Origin: Polyangiales bacterium
GTDB lineage: Bacteria; Myxococcota_A; Polyangia; Polyangiales; Polyangiaceae
Direction: 5' to 3'
Length of the DNA stretch: 64,000 bases
Assembly: GCA_038231275.1 (NCBI GenBank)
Contig: JBBRLQ010000027.1
Coordinates: forward strand, 44,841 to 108,840
Under the pieces are notes generated by a model. That model searched no databases. It was not told where the DNA came from and was given only the letters and a program-made list of their open reading frames with translations. A program made the translations under genes and the position numbers. Positions 1-10,150 of this stretch are shown here, one piece after another (the first letter of the stretch is position 1; every line of letters begins with the position of its first letter).

Positions 1-1143
1 CGTCGTCTCGGTGAGGCCGTACGCTTCCAGCACCTTCACGCCGGCGCCGTGGAACCACTCGGCGAGCTCCTTCGCGAGGGGAGCGCCGCCGCTGATCGCG
101 AAGCGCAGGCGCGTGCCGAAGCGAGCGCGGATCTTCTGGAGGACCAACTTGTCGGCGTAGCGGTACTTCACGGCGAGCAGGCCGCGCGGCTCTTCTCCAC
201 GCTCGCGCAGGCGCGCGACGCTGCGTCCGACGTCGACGGCCCAGTCGAAGACCTTGGCCTTGATGCTCCCCTGGGCGTGCGCCTTCTCGCCCGCCACGGT
301 GTAGATCTTCTCGTAGAGGCGCGGCACGCAGCCGATGACCGTGGGGTTGGTCTCCACGGCGTTGTCGAGCGCCTTCACGAGCGATTCGGCGAACGTCGTC
401 GTGAAGCCGGCGCGAATCGCGCCCATGACGAACACCTTCGCGAAGATGTGCGCCATCGGCAAAAAGAGGAGGTTTTCGTCTTCGGGCGTGAAATTCGCGA
501 GGGCGGCGATCACCTTCGTCTCGAAGCAGATGTTCGCGTGCGTGAGCATCACGCCCTTGGGCGGCCCGGTCGTGCCCGAGGTGTAGATGATCGTCGCCAG
601 ATCGGCGGTCGCCACCGCGGCGGCGCGCTCGCTCACGGCGCGCTTCTCGTCGCGGCTCCGCGCGTTGCCGGCGGCCAGCATCTCACGGAACGTGGTCACC
701 CGCGTCGCGAGGCCTCCAGGGGGTGCCCCCTTCGTCGCGTCGATGAGCACGATCGTGCCGAGCTTCGAGAGCGACGCGAGGGAGTCGCTCAGCTTCTCGA
801 GCGCCGCCGCGTCCTCGACGAAGAGGACCTTCGCGCCGGAGTCGGCCAAGATGTACGCCGCCTGCTCGCCGATCAGCGTCGCGTAGATCGGCACCGTGAC
901 CCCGCCCGCGAGGAGCGTCCCGACGTCGGCGATGACCCACTCCTCCCGCGTCGTCGCGAAGATGGCGACGCGATCACCAGGCTCGACTCCTGCGGCGACG
1001 AGCTCCGCCGCGATCGCCCGCGCGCGCGACTCCCAGTCGCCCCACGTCGACCCCTCCCAAACGCCCGCGCGCTTGGTCTTGAGCGCGACCCTCTCTTTTG
1101 CCTCGGCCGCCTGCGTCAGGAACAGCGAGACGACCGTCTCCAT
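1..1143 (-). CDS. Long-chain fatty acid-CoA ligase (AMP-dependent synthetase), 3' end runs off window
   Basis: Manual minus-strand translation from ATG 1143: METVVSLFLTQAAEAKERVALKTK...; AMP-binding motifs IIYTSGTTGPPKGVMLTH (~540-595) and YGLTETT (~1-21). Confidence 0.9.
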   Translation of the reverse strand, partial: METVVSLFLTQAAEAKERVALKTKRAGVWEGSTWGDWESRARAIAAELVAAGVEPGDRVAIFATTREEWVIADVGTLLAGGVTVPIYATLIGEQAAYILADSGAKVLFVEDAAALEKLSDSLASLSKLGTIVLIDATKGAPPGGLATRVTTFREMLAAGNARSRDEKRAVSERAAAVATADLATIIYTSGTTGPPKGVMLTHANICFETKVIAALANFTPEDENLLFLPMAHIFAKVFVMGAIRAGFTTTFAESLVKALDNAVETNPTVIGCVPRLYEKIYTVAGEKAHAQGSIKAKVFDWAVDVGRSVARLRERGEEPRGLLAVKYRYADKLVLQKIRARFGTRLRFAISGGAPLAKELAEWFHGAGVKVLEAYGLTETT

Positions 1144-1144
1144 C

Positions 1145-2839
1145 TCAGAACCCGAATTGCATTCCGGCCTCGAGGCCGAACGACGGCGTTAGGCCGGCGT
1201 TCCCGAACGCGAAGTTCACGCGCGGTCCCACGAGAAACGCGGCGCGCGGCGAGAACGCGTAACGAATGCCGCCGCCGACCGCGGCGAATACCGGCCCGCC
1301 GACCGACCACGCGTCGACCTGTTTGGTGCCAGTCACGCCGGTCTCGCGGACGCTGACGGCGACCTTCCCACTGAACTCGCCGTAGCCGGCCGCGACCATG
1401 ACATACGGCGCGAGCCCCGCTTTGCCGAGCGGATTTTTGCCGATCAAATACGTCCCTCGCACTTCGATGTGCACGGGCCCTATTTGCGACGCTTTGCCGT
1501 CGTTCGCCGCGGCGGCGCCAGGATACCGGAGGAGGATGATGCCCGCGCGCACGCCCGCGAGGATGTTCGCCGTGATGGCGACATCGAGCGAGAGGAGCAT
1601 GCGCACGTTGCCGATCGTGCCGCCGCCGGCGACCTTGTCGGTCTTGCCGTCCTTGACGATGTTGATGTTCTGCTGGCCCGATCGATCGTTGCGGTCAGGG
1701 TAGTCGGAGCCCCCGGAGTCGACGCAGTAGTACCCGGCGGTGTTGAGCGGCGCGGCTGCGGCGTCCTGCGAGAGCTTGCACACGTCCTCCGCCGAGCCGA
1801 CGAGCGTGAACTCCGCGCCGACCGAGAAGCCGACCCAGATGCGCTTGAAGGCGGACTTTTCCTCGGGCTTCGTGCACTTGTTGTTCTTGCACTTGCCGCT
1901 CGCGCAGACGCTGTCCTCCTCGCACTCCTCGTCCTGGGCCTTGCCCTTGGGCGTCTCGTCGGTGACCGGCGGCTTGCCGCTGTGGCATCCGGGGAAGTCG
2001 GGCGGGCAGTCGCCGGTGTCGGCGCATTGCGCGGGCGCGGGCTGATCGGGCAGGTGCGGCGGATCGCCTTCGATCTTGTCGCGCTTGACGGGGACTTTGT
2101 ACGGGTGGTTGCGATCGCCGGCCGTGGCGACTGGATCGTTCTGCTCGTTGAAGCCCTGGAGGTAGTACTGCAAGTCCCCCTGGATGACGTCGAGGCACGG
2201 GATCTGGCCGCCCCAGCCCTTGCCCGTCTTCTTGAGCTCGGCGCTCTTCCACTCCGTCATGCCGAAGCCCTTGTAGCGGGCGACGACCTTTACGATCGCC
2301 TCGGACCCGCCGTACTCGGCGTAGACCGGCACCGGCGTGCGAACGAGCTGCATCGCGACGGGCGTGTGCGTGAAGTCACCGGCCGGCGCGGGGCCAGGTC
2401 CGGGAGGCGCGCCCCCGCCCTTCTTCGCCTTCTCCCACGCGTCCTCGACGTCCTTCGTCTTCAGGTCCGGATCGAGCTGCACGGTGGGGTCGATGGCCAT
2501 CGCCTCCGCGAAGTTTTTGACGGCCTCGTCCTTGTTGATGTTGCCGCCGATTTGGACGACGCCGAGATCGCGTTTCAGCTGGGCGCGGATCGGGGGAGAA
2601 CACTTGTCCGTCCCGCAGAGCTGCATGGCCTTGTTCAGCTTGTCGGACGCCTTCCCGAACTCGGTCGTGAGGTAGTCCTCGTCCATCGCTTTCTTCTGGA
2701 GCTGCTTGGCCTGCGCTTCGACCGCCTTGTTCTGCGCACGCGCGGTGCGTGGCACGGCGAGCGCGAGGACCGCGAAGGCGAGCGCGACAAGGAGGGCAAA
2801 GCGAGGGGGAAGTCGCGAGAGGACGGGGAGGCGTTCCAC
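1145..2839 (-). CDS. Secreted/outer-membrane myxobacterial hypothetical protein (helical N-term, beta-rich domain, Cys-rich linker, C-terminal beta-barrel-like region ending in F)
   Basis: Signal peptide (..ARA|QN), DCPPDFPGC motif, amphipathic strands ending GMQFGF; stop abuts the ligase start. Confidence 0.75.
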   Translation of the reverse strand: MERLPVLSRLPPRFALLVALAFAVLALAVPRTARAQNKAVEAQAKQLQKKAMDEDYLTTEFGKASDKLNKAMQLCGTDKCSPPIRAQLKRDLGVVQIGGNINKDEAVKNFAEAMAIDPTVQLDPDLKTKDVEDAWEKAKKGGGAPPGPGPAPAGDFTHTPVAMQLVRTPVPVYAEYGGSEAIVKVVARYKGFGMTEWKSAELKKTGKGWGGQIPCLDVIQGDLQYYLQGFNEQNDPVATAGDRNHPYKVPVKRDKIEGDPPHLPDQPAPAQCADTGDCPPDFPGCHSGKPPVTDETPKGKAQDEECEEDSVCASGKCKNNKCTKPEEKSAFKRIWVGFSVGAEFTLVGSAEDVCKLSQDAAAAPLNTAGYYCVDSGGSDYPDRNDRSGQQNINIVKDGKTDKVAGGGTIGNVRMLLSLDVAITANILAGVRAGIILLRYPGAAAANDGKASQIGPVHIEVRGTYLIGKNPLGKAGLAPYVMVAAGYGEFSGKVAVSVRETGVTGTKQVDAWSVGGPVFAAVGGGIRYAFSPRAAFLVGPRVNFAFGNAGLTPSFGLEAGMQFGF

Positions 2840-3002
2840 GGGGAGCCAAATACAACGAAATTGCCCCGGCTTGGGGACAAAGAATCAAACCCGCTCTCGA
2901 CCCTCTAACGCCCCCGTGAAATCCTCGTGCGAAGCACGATTCGCCGCAGGCGATTAGGGGAGGCTCGAAGCGGTATCTTCGAGGGGGCGGAGCCTCACCT
3001 GC

Positions 3003-4129
<1,127 letters not shown>

Positions 4130-4133
<4 letters not shown>

Positions 4134-4441
4134 GGGTTCTCCCCTTTGCGCTTCTGCGACTGCGACAGCTCGATGGCTTTGTTCGCGTACTCCTCGGCCG
4201 TCTCCGCGTAGGCGGCGGCGTCGCTGTAGCTCGCCTCGCTCGCCTCGACCTGGGCCTGCCGCAGGTGCTCCTTGGCGAAGTAGTACTCGTACGGCGCGAA
4301 CTGCTCGGCGCCGACCGCCTTCGCGTGCTCGAGCCGGCTCGACGCCGCGTTCACCGTCGCCGCGTAGTACACGCCGCCGCACGCTTGAACCGAGAAGGCC
4401 GCAAGCATCAACGCAGCGCCGACGAGGAAGCGAATGCTCAT
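4130..4441 (-). CDS. DUF4398-like small lipoprotein
   Basis: Lipobox-like VQAC; helical AEQFAPYEYYFAKEHL segment; typical partner upstream of OmpA. Confidence 0.7.
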
Positions 4442-4490
4442 CTGAACTCGACGCTAACTCAGCAGGTCCGCCAGCGGCAAGACCGTCCTA

Positions 4491-5177
4491 TCAGATCCGG
4501 CGGAAGACGCCGACGACCACGCCGAGGAGCATCGTCGGCTTGAAGTCCATCGCGCGGACGAGGATGGGGGCCATCGTCTTGTTCGCGGGCTGGAAGCGGA
4601 CGTAGTCCTTCTCCGGGTAGTAGTACTTCACGGTCGCCTCGTCCCCGATGAGGGCCACGACGATGTCGCCGCGCTGCGCCGTGAGCTGCTTTCGCACGAA
4701 GATGTAGTCGCCGGTCAGGATCCCGGCGTCGATCATCGAGTCGCCGTGGACCTTGAGGCCGAAGACCTCTCGCCCGCCCTTCAGGAGACCGCGGTCGATG
4801 CGGACCGTGTCGATGACCTGCTCCTCGGCGAAGAGCGGAAGGCCCGCCGCGACGCGCCCAAGGATCTGGACGTCGATCATGTCGTCGTCGTTCGCGGGAA
4901 GGGCGAGCGGAACTTGGTCGCCTGCGCCCGTCTTTGCGGCAGCGCCGTTCATGCCGTTGGGCGGCGACGTCGTCGGGCGGAGGGCGCGGGACTTCATGTC
5001 CTCCCGCGTCAGGTAGCCTTTACGCTCGAGCGCGCGGAGGTGATCGTTCACCCCGTTCGTCGAGCGGATGCCCATTCGGGCCCCGATCTCGCGGAGCGTC
5101 GGGGGATACCCGCGGTCCGTGATCGACTGCCGGATGAAATCCAGGACCATCTGCTGACGTTGGGTGAGACCCTGCAT
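4491..5177 (-). CDS. lexA: SOS repressor LexA
   Basis: LTQRQQ..LDFI..GYPPTLREIG wHTH; Ala-Gly cleavage site (GRVAAGLP); GDSM serine and ATVK lysine. Confidence 0.97.
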   Translation of the reverse strand: MQGLTQRQQMVLDFIRQSITDRGYPPTLREIGARMGIRSTNGVNDHLRALERKGYLTREDMKSRALRPTTSPPNGMNGAAAKTGAGDQVPLALPANDDDMIDVQILGRVAAGLPLFAEEQVIDTVRIDRGLLKGGREVFGLKVHGDSMIDAGILTGDYIFVRKQLTAQRGDIVVALIGDEATVKYYYPEKDYVRFQPANKTMAPILVRAMDFKPTMLLGVVVGVFRRI

Positions 5178-5179
5178 GG

Positions 5180-5215
5180 CTGAACAAGGATACTGAACAC
5201 CCGTCACCGCGTCAA
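5180..5215 (-). promoter_or_regulatory. Sigma70-like lexA promoter (TTGACG-N17-TATCCT) with TGTTCAG direct repeats flanking the -10 box
   Basis: Minus strand reads TTGACG CGGTGACGGGTGTTCAG TATCCT TGTTCAGCC ATG. Confidence 0.65.
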
Positions 5216-5377
5216 GTATTCCGGCGCAAATATGCGTACCTGTGCGCCACAGCTCGCGTAGCTCTCCACATCTTCTCCAGTTTTTGCCCTGTTTTTCCCC
5301 AACTTACACGTGCGCGCGTCTCTCACCTGAGGTGCGAGAGCGATCGCGCGGCGGGGAGTGCTCGACGGCCGACGTCG

Positions 5378-5866
5378 TCAGAATTTCCCGCTCGTCGACA
5401 GGAAGGTCAGCTTGTCGTTCGTCTCGCGGAGGCGGCCGGCCAGGGTACGGACGCAGCTCCAGAGGACCTCGTAGGCGAGGTCTTTGTGCAAAAAGAGGAG
5501 ATCGTCGAACGAGTCCTTCGCGATCACCAGCAAGCGGCAGCGCTCGTGGGCGCGCGCATCGGCCGAGCGCGTCGCCTCGTCGAGGAGCGCCATCTCCCCG
5601 AACACCTCGCCCTGCGCCAGCACGGCGAGGGCCTCTTCGCCCATCCCCGCCACCTCTCTCGAGATGCGGACCTTGCCCTCGAGGATGATGAAGAGCTTGT
5701 CGCCGAGATCGCCGTACTGGAAAATCCGGGTACCCAGCGCGTGCGTCTCTTCGGTGGTGACCTGAGCGATCAGCGCCATCGCCTCGCGGGTGAGCCCCTC
5801 GAAGAACGACACCTTGGCGAGCTGTTCCTCGCGTTCGGAGAGCTGGCTTTGCGGGGCGGCGGTCAA
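5378..5866 (-). CDS. Cyclic nucleotide-binding domain protein (stand-alone cNMP domain)
   Basis: FIILEGKVRI...GEVFGEMALLD..RSADA motifs; no HTH. Confidence 0.9.
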   Translation of the reverse strand: MTAAPQSQLSEREEQLAKVSFFEGLTREAMALIAQVTTEETHALGTRIFQYGDLGDKLFIILEGKVRISREVAGMGEEALAVLAQGEVFGEMALLDEATRSADARAHERCRLLVIAKDSFDDLLFLHKDLAYEVLWSCVRTLAGRLRETNDKLTFLSTSGKF

Positions 5867-5931
5867 GTGATGGTCCAGGTTACCCTCGTCCTTTTCAAAG
5901 TGCGAGATTGCGCCGATGATGCGTCCCGAGC

Positions 5932-6651
5932 ATGGACCAACATCAACCGATCGTGGTGCTGGGCTTCGGAGAAGCCGCCGGCCATTGGGCGCAGGCGCTG
6001 AGCCACAACGGCCACCGCGCCGTCCTCGCGGACCCGTTCACATTCGTCCCCCCTTCGCCGGGCCACGGGCCGCGCCCCATCAAGTGCGTCGTCATCGACA
6101 CCGCCCTCGACATCACGCCAAACCTCCTCCAAGCCGTCCGCGGCGCCGGCATCCCCGCGATCCTCGCGACCAGCCCTCACATCCCGCAAAACCCCAACCG
6201 CGATCCCCTCACCCACTACGGCACGTGGATCGCGGACGCCTACGTCGGCTCCGCCGAAGAGCTCGTTCACGCCGTCCCCATCGTCCTCGACACGAACACG
6301 AGCCCGGACGGCGCCGCGCTCCACCTGACGTATCGCGGCTCGATCCCCCCGATGGAAGCCGCCTTCCCCATCGGCACCGCCTTTCCCCTCCGCGAAGGCG
6401 CCGCCTGCTTCATCGGCCGCAGTCGCGCCAGCACCGTCATGCTCGGCTCCCCCCACGTCGGCCGCATGCACGCCATGATCGCCGCCATCCCCGGCGGCGA
6501 AAAACGCGCAGCCATGATGGATCTCCAATCCCACAACGGCTCGTACGTCAAAGGCCAGCGCGTCGGCGGCGACGTCCTCTCCCCCGGCGACGAGCTCGCA
6601 ATCGCCGGCTACCGCTTCGTCTTGGAGTGCTTGCCTTCTTATTCGGCGTGA
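5932..6651 (+). CDS. FHA domain-containing protein
   Basis: C-terminal IGRS...VGRMHA...DLQSHNGSYVKG...LSPGDELAIAG. Confidence 0.8.
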   Translation: MDQHQPIVVLGFGEAAGHWAQALSHNGHRAVLADPFTFVPPSPGHGPRPIKCVVIDTALDITPNLLQAVRGAGIPAILATSPHIPQNPNRDPLTHYGTWIADAYVGSAEELVHAVPIVLDTNTSPDGAALHLTYRGSIPPMEAAFPIGTAFPLREGAACFIGRSRASTVMLGSPHVGRMHAMIAAIPGGEKRAAMMDLQSHNGSYVKGQRVGGDVLSPGDELAIAGYRFVLECLPSYSA

Positions 6652-6812
6652 GCCGAATAAGAATTTACTGGTTGTGTGGGCTCGCCGCCCCCCCATCGCT
6701 TCGCGCTGGGGGCCCCCCGGCATCGCCTACGGCGAAGGCGCGCTGCGCACGCCGGCGTCGGGAAACGCGGTGGAGATGGCCGTCGTGGTGCGGAAAGAGA
6801 TAATGACGGGCA

Positions 6813-7238
6813 ATGGGAGCGCTCTCGCATCTCCACGATGGACGGATCATCGGGTACGACGTTCGCGGCGAAGCCCGGCGCATTGTCATTTACGTGAGGC
6901 CGGAGGCCACCGATGCACGCCTCCAGCTCCTCACGTTCGAAGGTGTGATCGCCTATCGCTTCGACGACGTAGCCGACGTCAGCATCCTTCTCGACGTCGA
7001 AGAGATCGCGCCCGCCCGCTTCCTCGCGAAGGAGTGGCCACAAATTAGTGCGGGCTACCACAGATCAGGAGCCCCCGGCGGCCCCGCGCCATGGGGAACC
7101 TCGCAGGAGAAAGTCCTCGCATACCTCATCGAGCACGCCACGAAGGCCTTCGTCCTCGAGCCAACCTGGGGCATGTCAGGCTGGGTCCTCGCACGGTCCG
7201 CCGTCGTCACCGAAGCCCCCGCAAACCGCGACCCCTAA
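6813..7238 (+). CDS. Hypothetical protein
   Basis: 141-aa ORF with normal protein composition (LHDGRIIGY...WGMSGWVLA); no family recognised. Confidence 0.65.
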   Translation: MGALSHLHDGRIIGYDVRGEARRIVIYVRPEATDARLQLLTFEGVIAYRFDDVADVSILLDVEEIAPARFLAKEWPQISAGYHRSGAPGGPAPWGTSQEKVLAYLIEHATKAFVLEPTWGMSGWVLARSAVVTEAPANRDP

Positions 7239-7266
7239 AACCACACCCTGGCAACGAGCGTCCAAA

Positions 7267-7409
7267 GCCTCCTTGCCCGGGGCGTCGCGCGGCGCCGAGC
7301 ACAACTGGAAAAGGCGTGACGGCGCGAGCCCGCCCCTTCCGTGCGCTCCGTCGCGCCGGCGCGACTTTTCCGGCTCCGAGGCGCGGCGCGGCGCCCCGGG
7401 CAAGGAGGC
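7267..7409. repeat. ~143-bp long imperfect inverted repeat (hairpin) between convergent genes
   Basis: GCCTCCTTGCCCGGGGCGTCGCGC (7267-7290) pairs with GCGCGGCGCCCCGGGCAAGGAGGC (7386-7409); inner stems GGAAAAG/CTTTTCC and GCGTGACGG/CCGTCGCGC. Confidence 0.8.
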
Positions 7410-7417
7410 GTGCGTGC

Positions 7418-8386
7418 CTAGTGCTCGCCGTTCATGGCAAGCCAGCGCTCCGCCTCGAGCGCCGCCATGCAGCCGGTCCCCGCCGCGGTTACTGCCTGGC
7501 GGTACGTGAAGTCCTGCACGTCGCCGCACGCGAACACGCCGACCTTGCTCGTCTGCGTCGTCCCCGGCTTCACCTTGATGTAGCCGTTGTCGTGCAAGTC
7601 GAGCACGCCCGTGAAGAGGTCCGTGTTCGGCGTGTGCCCGATCGCGACGAAGAACCCGGTGATCGGGACCACCATGGTCTCGTTCGTCTTCATGTTCTTC
7701 ACGCGCGCGCCCGTCACCGCCTGCTTCGACACGTCGAGGATCTCCTCGATCACGGTGTTGTAGAGCACCTTCACCTTCGGGTTTTTCAGCACGCGATCCT
7801 GCATCGCCTTGCTCGCGCGGAACTCCTCGCGACGGTGCACGAGCGTCACCGACTTGCAGATCCCCGACAGGTACATCGACTCTTCCATCGCCGTGTCACC
7901 GCCGCCGATGACCATCACGTCCTGGTTCTTGAAGAACGCGCCGTCGCACACCGCGCACGCCGAGACTCCGTAGTTCTGCAGCGCCTTCTCGCTCGGCAGC
8001 CCCAGCCACTTCGCCTGCGCGCCCGTCGCGATGACGATCGTCTCGCCGTAGTGATCGCTCTCGCCGTCGAGCCCGCTCGCCGTCACCTTGAACGGGCGCT
8101 TCGACAGATCCACCTTCACCACGTCCTCGGTCACCACCTCGACGCCCTGGTGGATGGACTGATCGCGGAACGCCTTCATGAGATCCGGCCCGGTGATCTT
8201 CGCGGGGAAGCCCGGGTAGTTCTCGACCTCGTTCGTGATCATGAGCTGCCCGCCGGGGATGCCGCCTTTGGTCATGCCCTCGAACATCAACGGCTTCAGG
8301 TTCGCGCGCGCCGCGTAGATGCCGGCGGTGTGACCCGCGGGGCCCGAGCCGATGATGATGACCTTGCGGGGGGTAGTGCTGCTCAT
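7418..8386 (-). CDS. trxB: Thioredoxin-disulfide reductase
   Basis: IIGSGPAG, GGQL..T.EVENYPGF, CAVCDG redox motif, GGGDTAMEE, GDVQD..YRQAVTAAGTG. Confidence 0.97.
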   Translation of the reverse strand: MSSTTPRKVIIIGSGPAGHTAGIYAARANLKPLMFEGMTKGGIPGGQLMITNEVENYPGFPAKITGPDLMKAFRDQSIHQGVEVVTEDVVKVDLSKRPFKVTASGLDGESDHYGETIVIATGAQAKWLGLPSEKALQNYGVSACAVCDGAFFKNQDVMVIGGGDTAMEESMYLSGICKSVTLVHRREEFRASKAMQDRVLKNPKVKVLYNTVIEEILDVSKQAVTGARVKNMKTNETMVVPITGFFVAIGHTPNTDLFTGVLDLHDNGYIKVKPGTTQTSKVGVFACGDVQDFTYRQAVTAAGTGCMAALEAERWLAMNGEH

Positions 8387-8420
8387 GCGTCCTTCCTTGT
8401 GCGAAACGAGCTCGAACGGC

Positions 8421-10118
8421 TCAGAAGCGGTACGCGACGCCGAAGTTGATGGTGTTGACGCTGTTCCAGATGGTGCCGAGGTTGACGGGCCAGTTCGTCC
8501 GGTACTTCTGCTTCCCGTCGGTGCACGTGTCCGGCTGGCTCGGCGACCCGGGGTTGTTCCCAGAAGGATTGCACGCAACGCCTGCGATGCCATTCATGCC
8601 GGGCGCGTTCCTGTCGTTGGCGCCTTGGTCCTGTTTGGCGAAGAAAATGTGGCCGTAGCCGAGCGAGAACTCGAGCGCGCTCTTGCTCTCCGAATTGCCG
8701 AGCTTGAGGCGGTAGGTGCCGCCGAGCGCGAAGCCGAAGCGCGCGGCGCCGGCGAAATCGATGCTCTGGTACTGCTGATCTTGGCCGTTCGTCTCCGCGA
8801 AGACGCCGCCGCGAAGTGCGAGCTGATCCGGCAGCACGTTGTAGTCGCCGCCGAGGCGCACGCCGAAGACGTCCTTGAAGTGCTTGGGCACGTCGGCGCT
8901 CGGCGGGAGCGTGCCGCCGGCGATGCCGTTGACGGGGATGACGCCGTCGCCGTTCGCGTTGCCGGGGAAGCGGATCTTGAACGAGTCGAGCGCGCTGTTG
9001 TTCGCCCACGTCAGATCGAGCTCGGCGTCCCACGCGTCTTGCGACATCGGATCGCGGCGGTGCGTCAACTTCGGCGTGGGCGGCGGCTCTTCTCCCTCGA
9101 CCACCGGCGTCGCACGCAGCTTGTGGTAGCGGAAGCCGAGCTTGGCCTCCATGGGGATTGTCGCCTTGATGGTCGCGTTCTTCCCGCTGCCGCAGATGTT
9201 GGTGGACTGGCCGTAGCCGCAGTCGGCCGCCGACGTGTCGGTCCCCTTCACGCCGGCCGTGTCGCCCGACTGCACCGCCTTGGTGAAATAGTTCGAGTCG
9301 GTGACGACGTCGCCGGTCGCGTTGATCGGCGCGCTCCACTTGTACCAAGCGGCGATGTCGATCGACGGCGTGGCGCTGTAAATCGCGCCGAGCGTGAAAC
9401 CGGGGATGAAGAACTGCTTCACTTGAACGAGACCGCGGACATCGTTCTGATCGGGGCGCGTGCTGTCGGCGTTCAGCGCCATGCTGGAGTTCTGGAGGTG
9501 GAGGCTCGCGATGCCAAACTGGAAGCTCCCGCCGATGCGGAGGTTGTCGATCACCTCCCAGCCGACGGCGAGCGTCGGGTTGAACTGGAGACCGTCGGTC
9601 TTGAGGAGCAGGTAGCGCTGCGGCGCGGGGTTTGCGCCGTTCACGAACTCCGGCCATTTCTGGCGGCCGGCGGCGTTGGGGCCGAGCAGAGAGATCGCCA
9701 GGCCGAGGCGCTCGTTGACGCGGTACGCGAACGAGATCTGCGGGTTCAAGAACGGCGCGATGTCGTTGCACACGCGCGGGAAGAGCGCGGACCTCGGATC
9801 GTTCGGATCGGACGAGAGGAGCCCCGACTCGAGCGTCGTGTCGCCGGCGGCGTACACGCGCGACATGCACGTGTGCTGCACGATCACGTTCACGTCGAGC
9901 GAGAGCTTCGTGTCCTGCCCGGCGAGCCCGGCCGGGTTGTAGTACGCGGCGTTCGGCGTACTCGCGCGCGCGACCCACGCGCCGCCGCGCTGCATCTGTT
10001 CGGAGCCGCCTTCGCCGACCTCGAGGACGTTGGAGGCGCCGGCGCCGCGCGCGGCGAGCACCCCCGCCGAGACGGTGGAAAGCACGAAGAGTGAGCGAAG
10101 GCGATTGGACAAAGCCAT
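8421..10118 (-). CDS. FadL/TodX/OmpP1-like outer-membrane transporter
   Basis: Signal peptide, then GGAWVA..STPNAAYYNPAGLA N-terminal hatch motif; beta-strands; terminal YRF. Confidence 0.8.
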   Translation of the reverse strand: MALSNRLRSLFVLSTVSAGVLAARGAGASNVLEVGEGGSEQMQRGGAWVARASTPNAAYYNPAGLAGQDTKLSLDVNVIVQHTCMSRVYAAGDTTLESGLLSSDPNDPRSALFPRVCNDIAPFLNPQISFAYRVNERLGLAISLLGPNAAGRQKWPEFVNGANPAPQRYLLLKTDGLQFNPTLAVGWEVIDNLRIGGSFQFGIASLHLQNSSMALNADSTRPDQNDVRGLVQVKQFFIPGFTLGAIYSATPSIDIAAWYKWSAPINATGDVVTDSNYFTKAVQSGDTAGVKGTDTSAADCGYGQSTNICGSGKNATIKATIPMEAKLGFRYHKLRATPVVEGEEPPPTPKLTHRRDPMSQDAWDAELDLTWANNSALDSFKIRFPGNANGDGVIPVNGIAGGTLPPSADVPKHFKDVFGVRLGGDYNVLPDQLALRGGVFAETNGQDQQYQSIDFAGAARFGFALGGTYRLKLGNSESKSALEFSLGYGHIFFAKQDQGANDRNAPGMNGIAGVACNPSGNNPGSPSQPDTCTDGKQKYRTNWPVNLGTIWNSVNTINFGVAYRF

Positions 10119-10150
10119 CTGGGTGGTCCCCGGAAACTGGTTAGTGGGAG

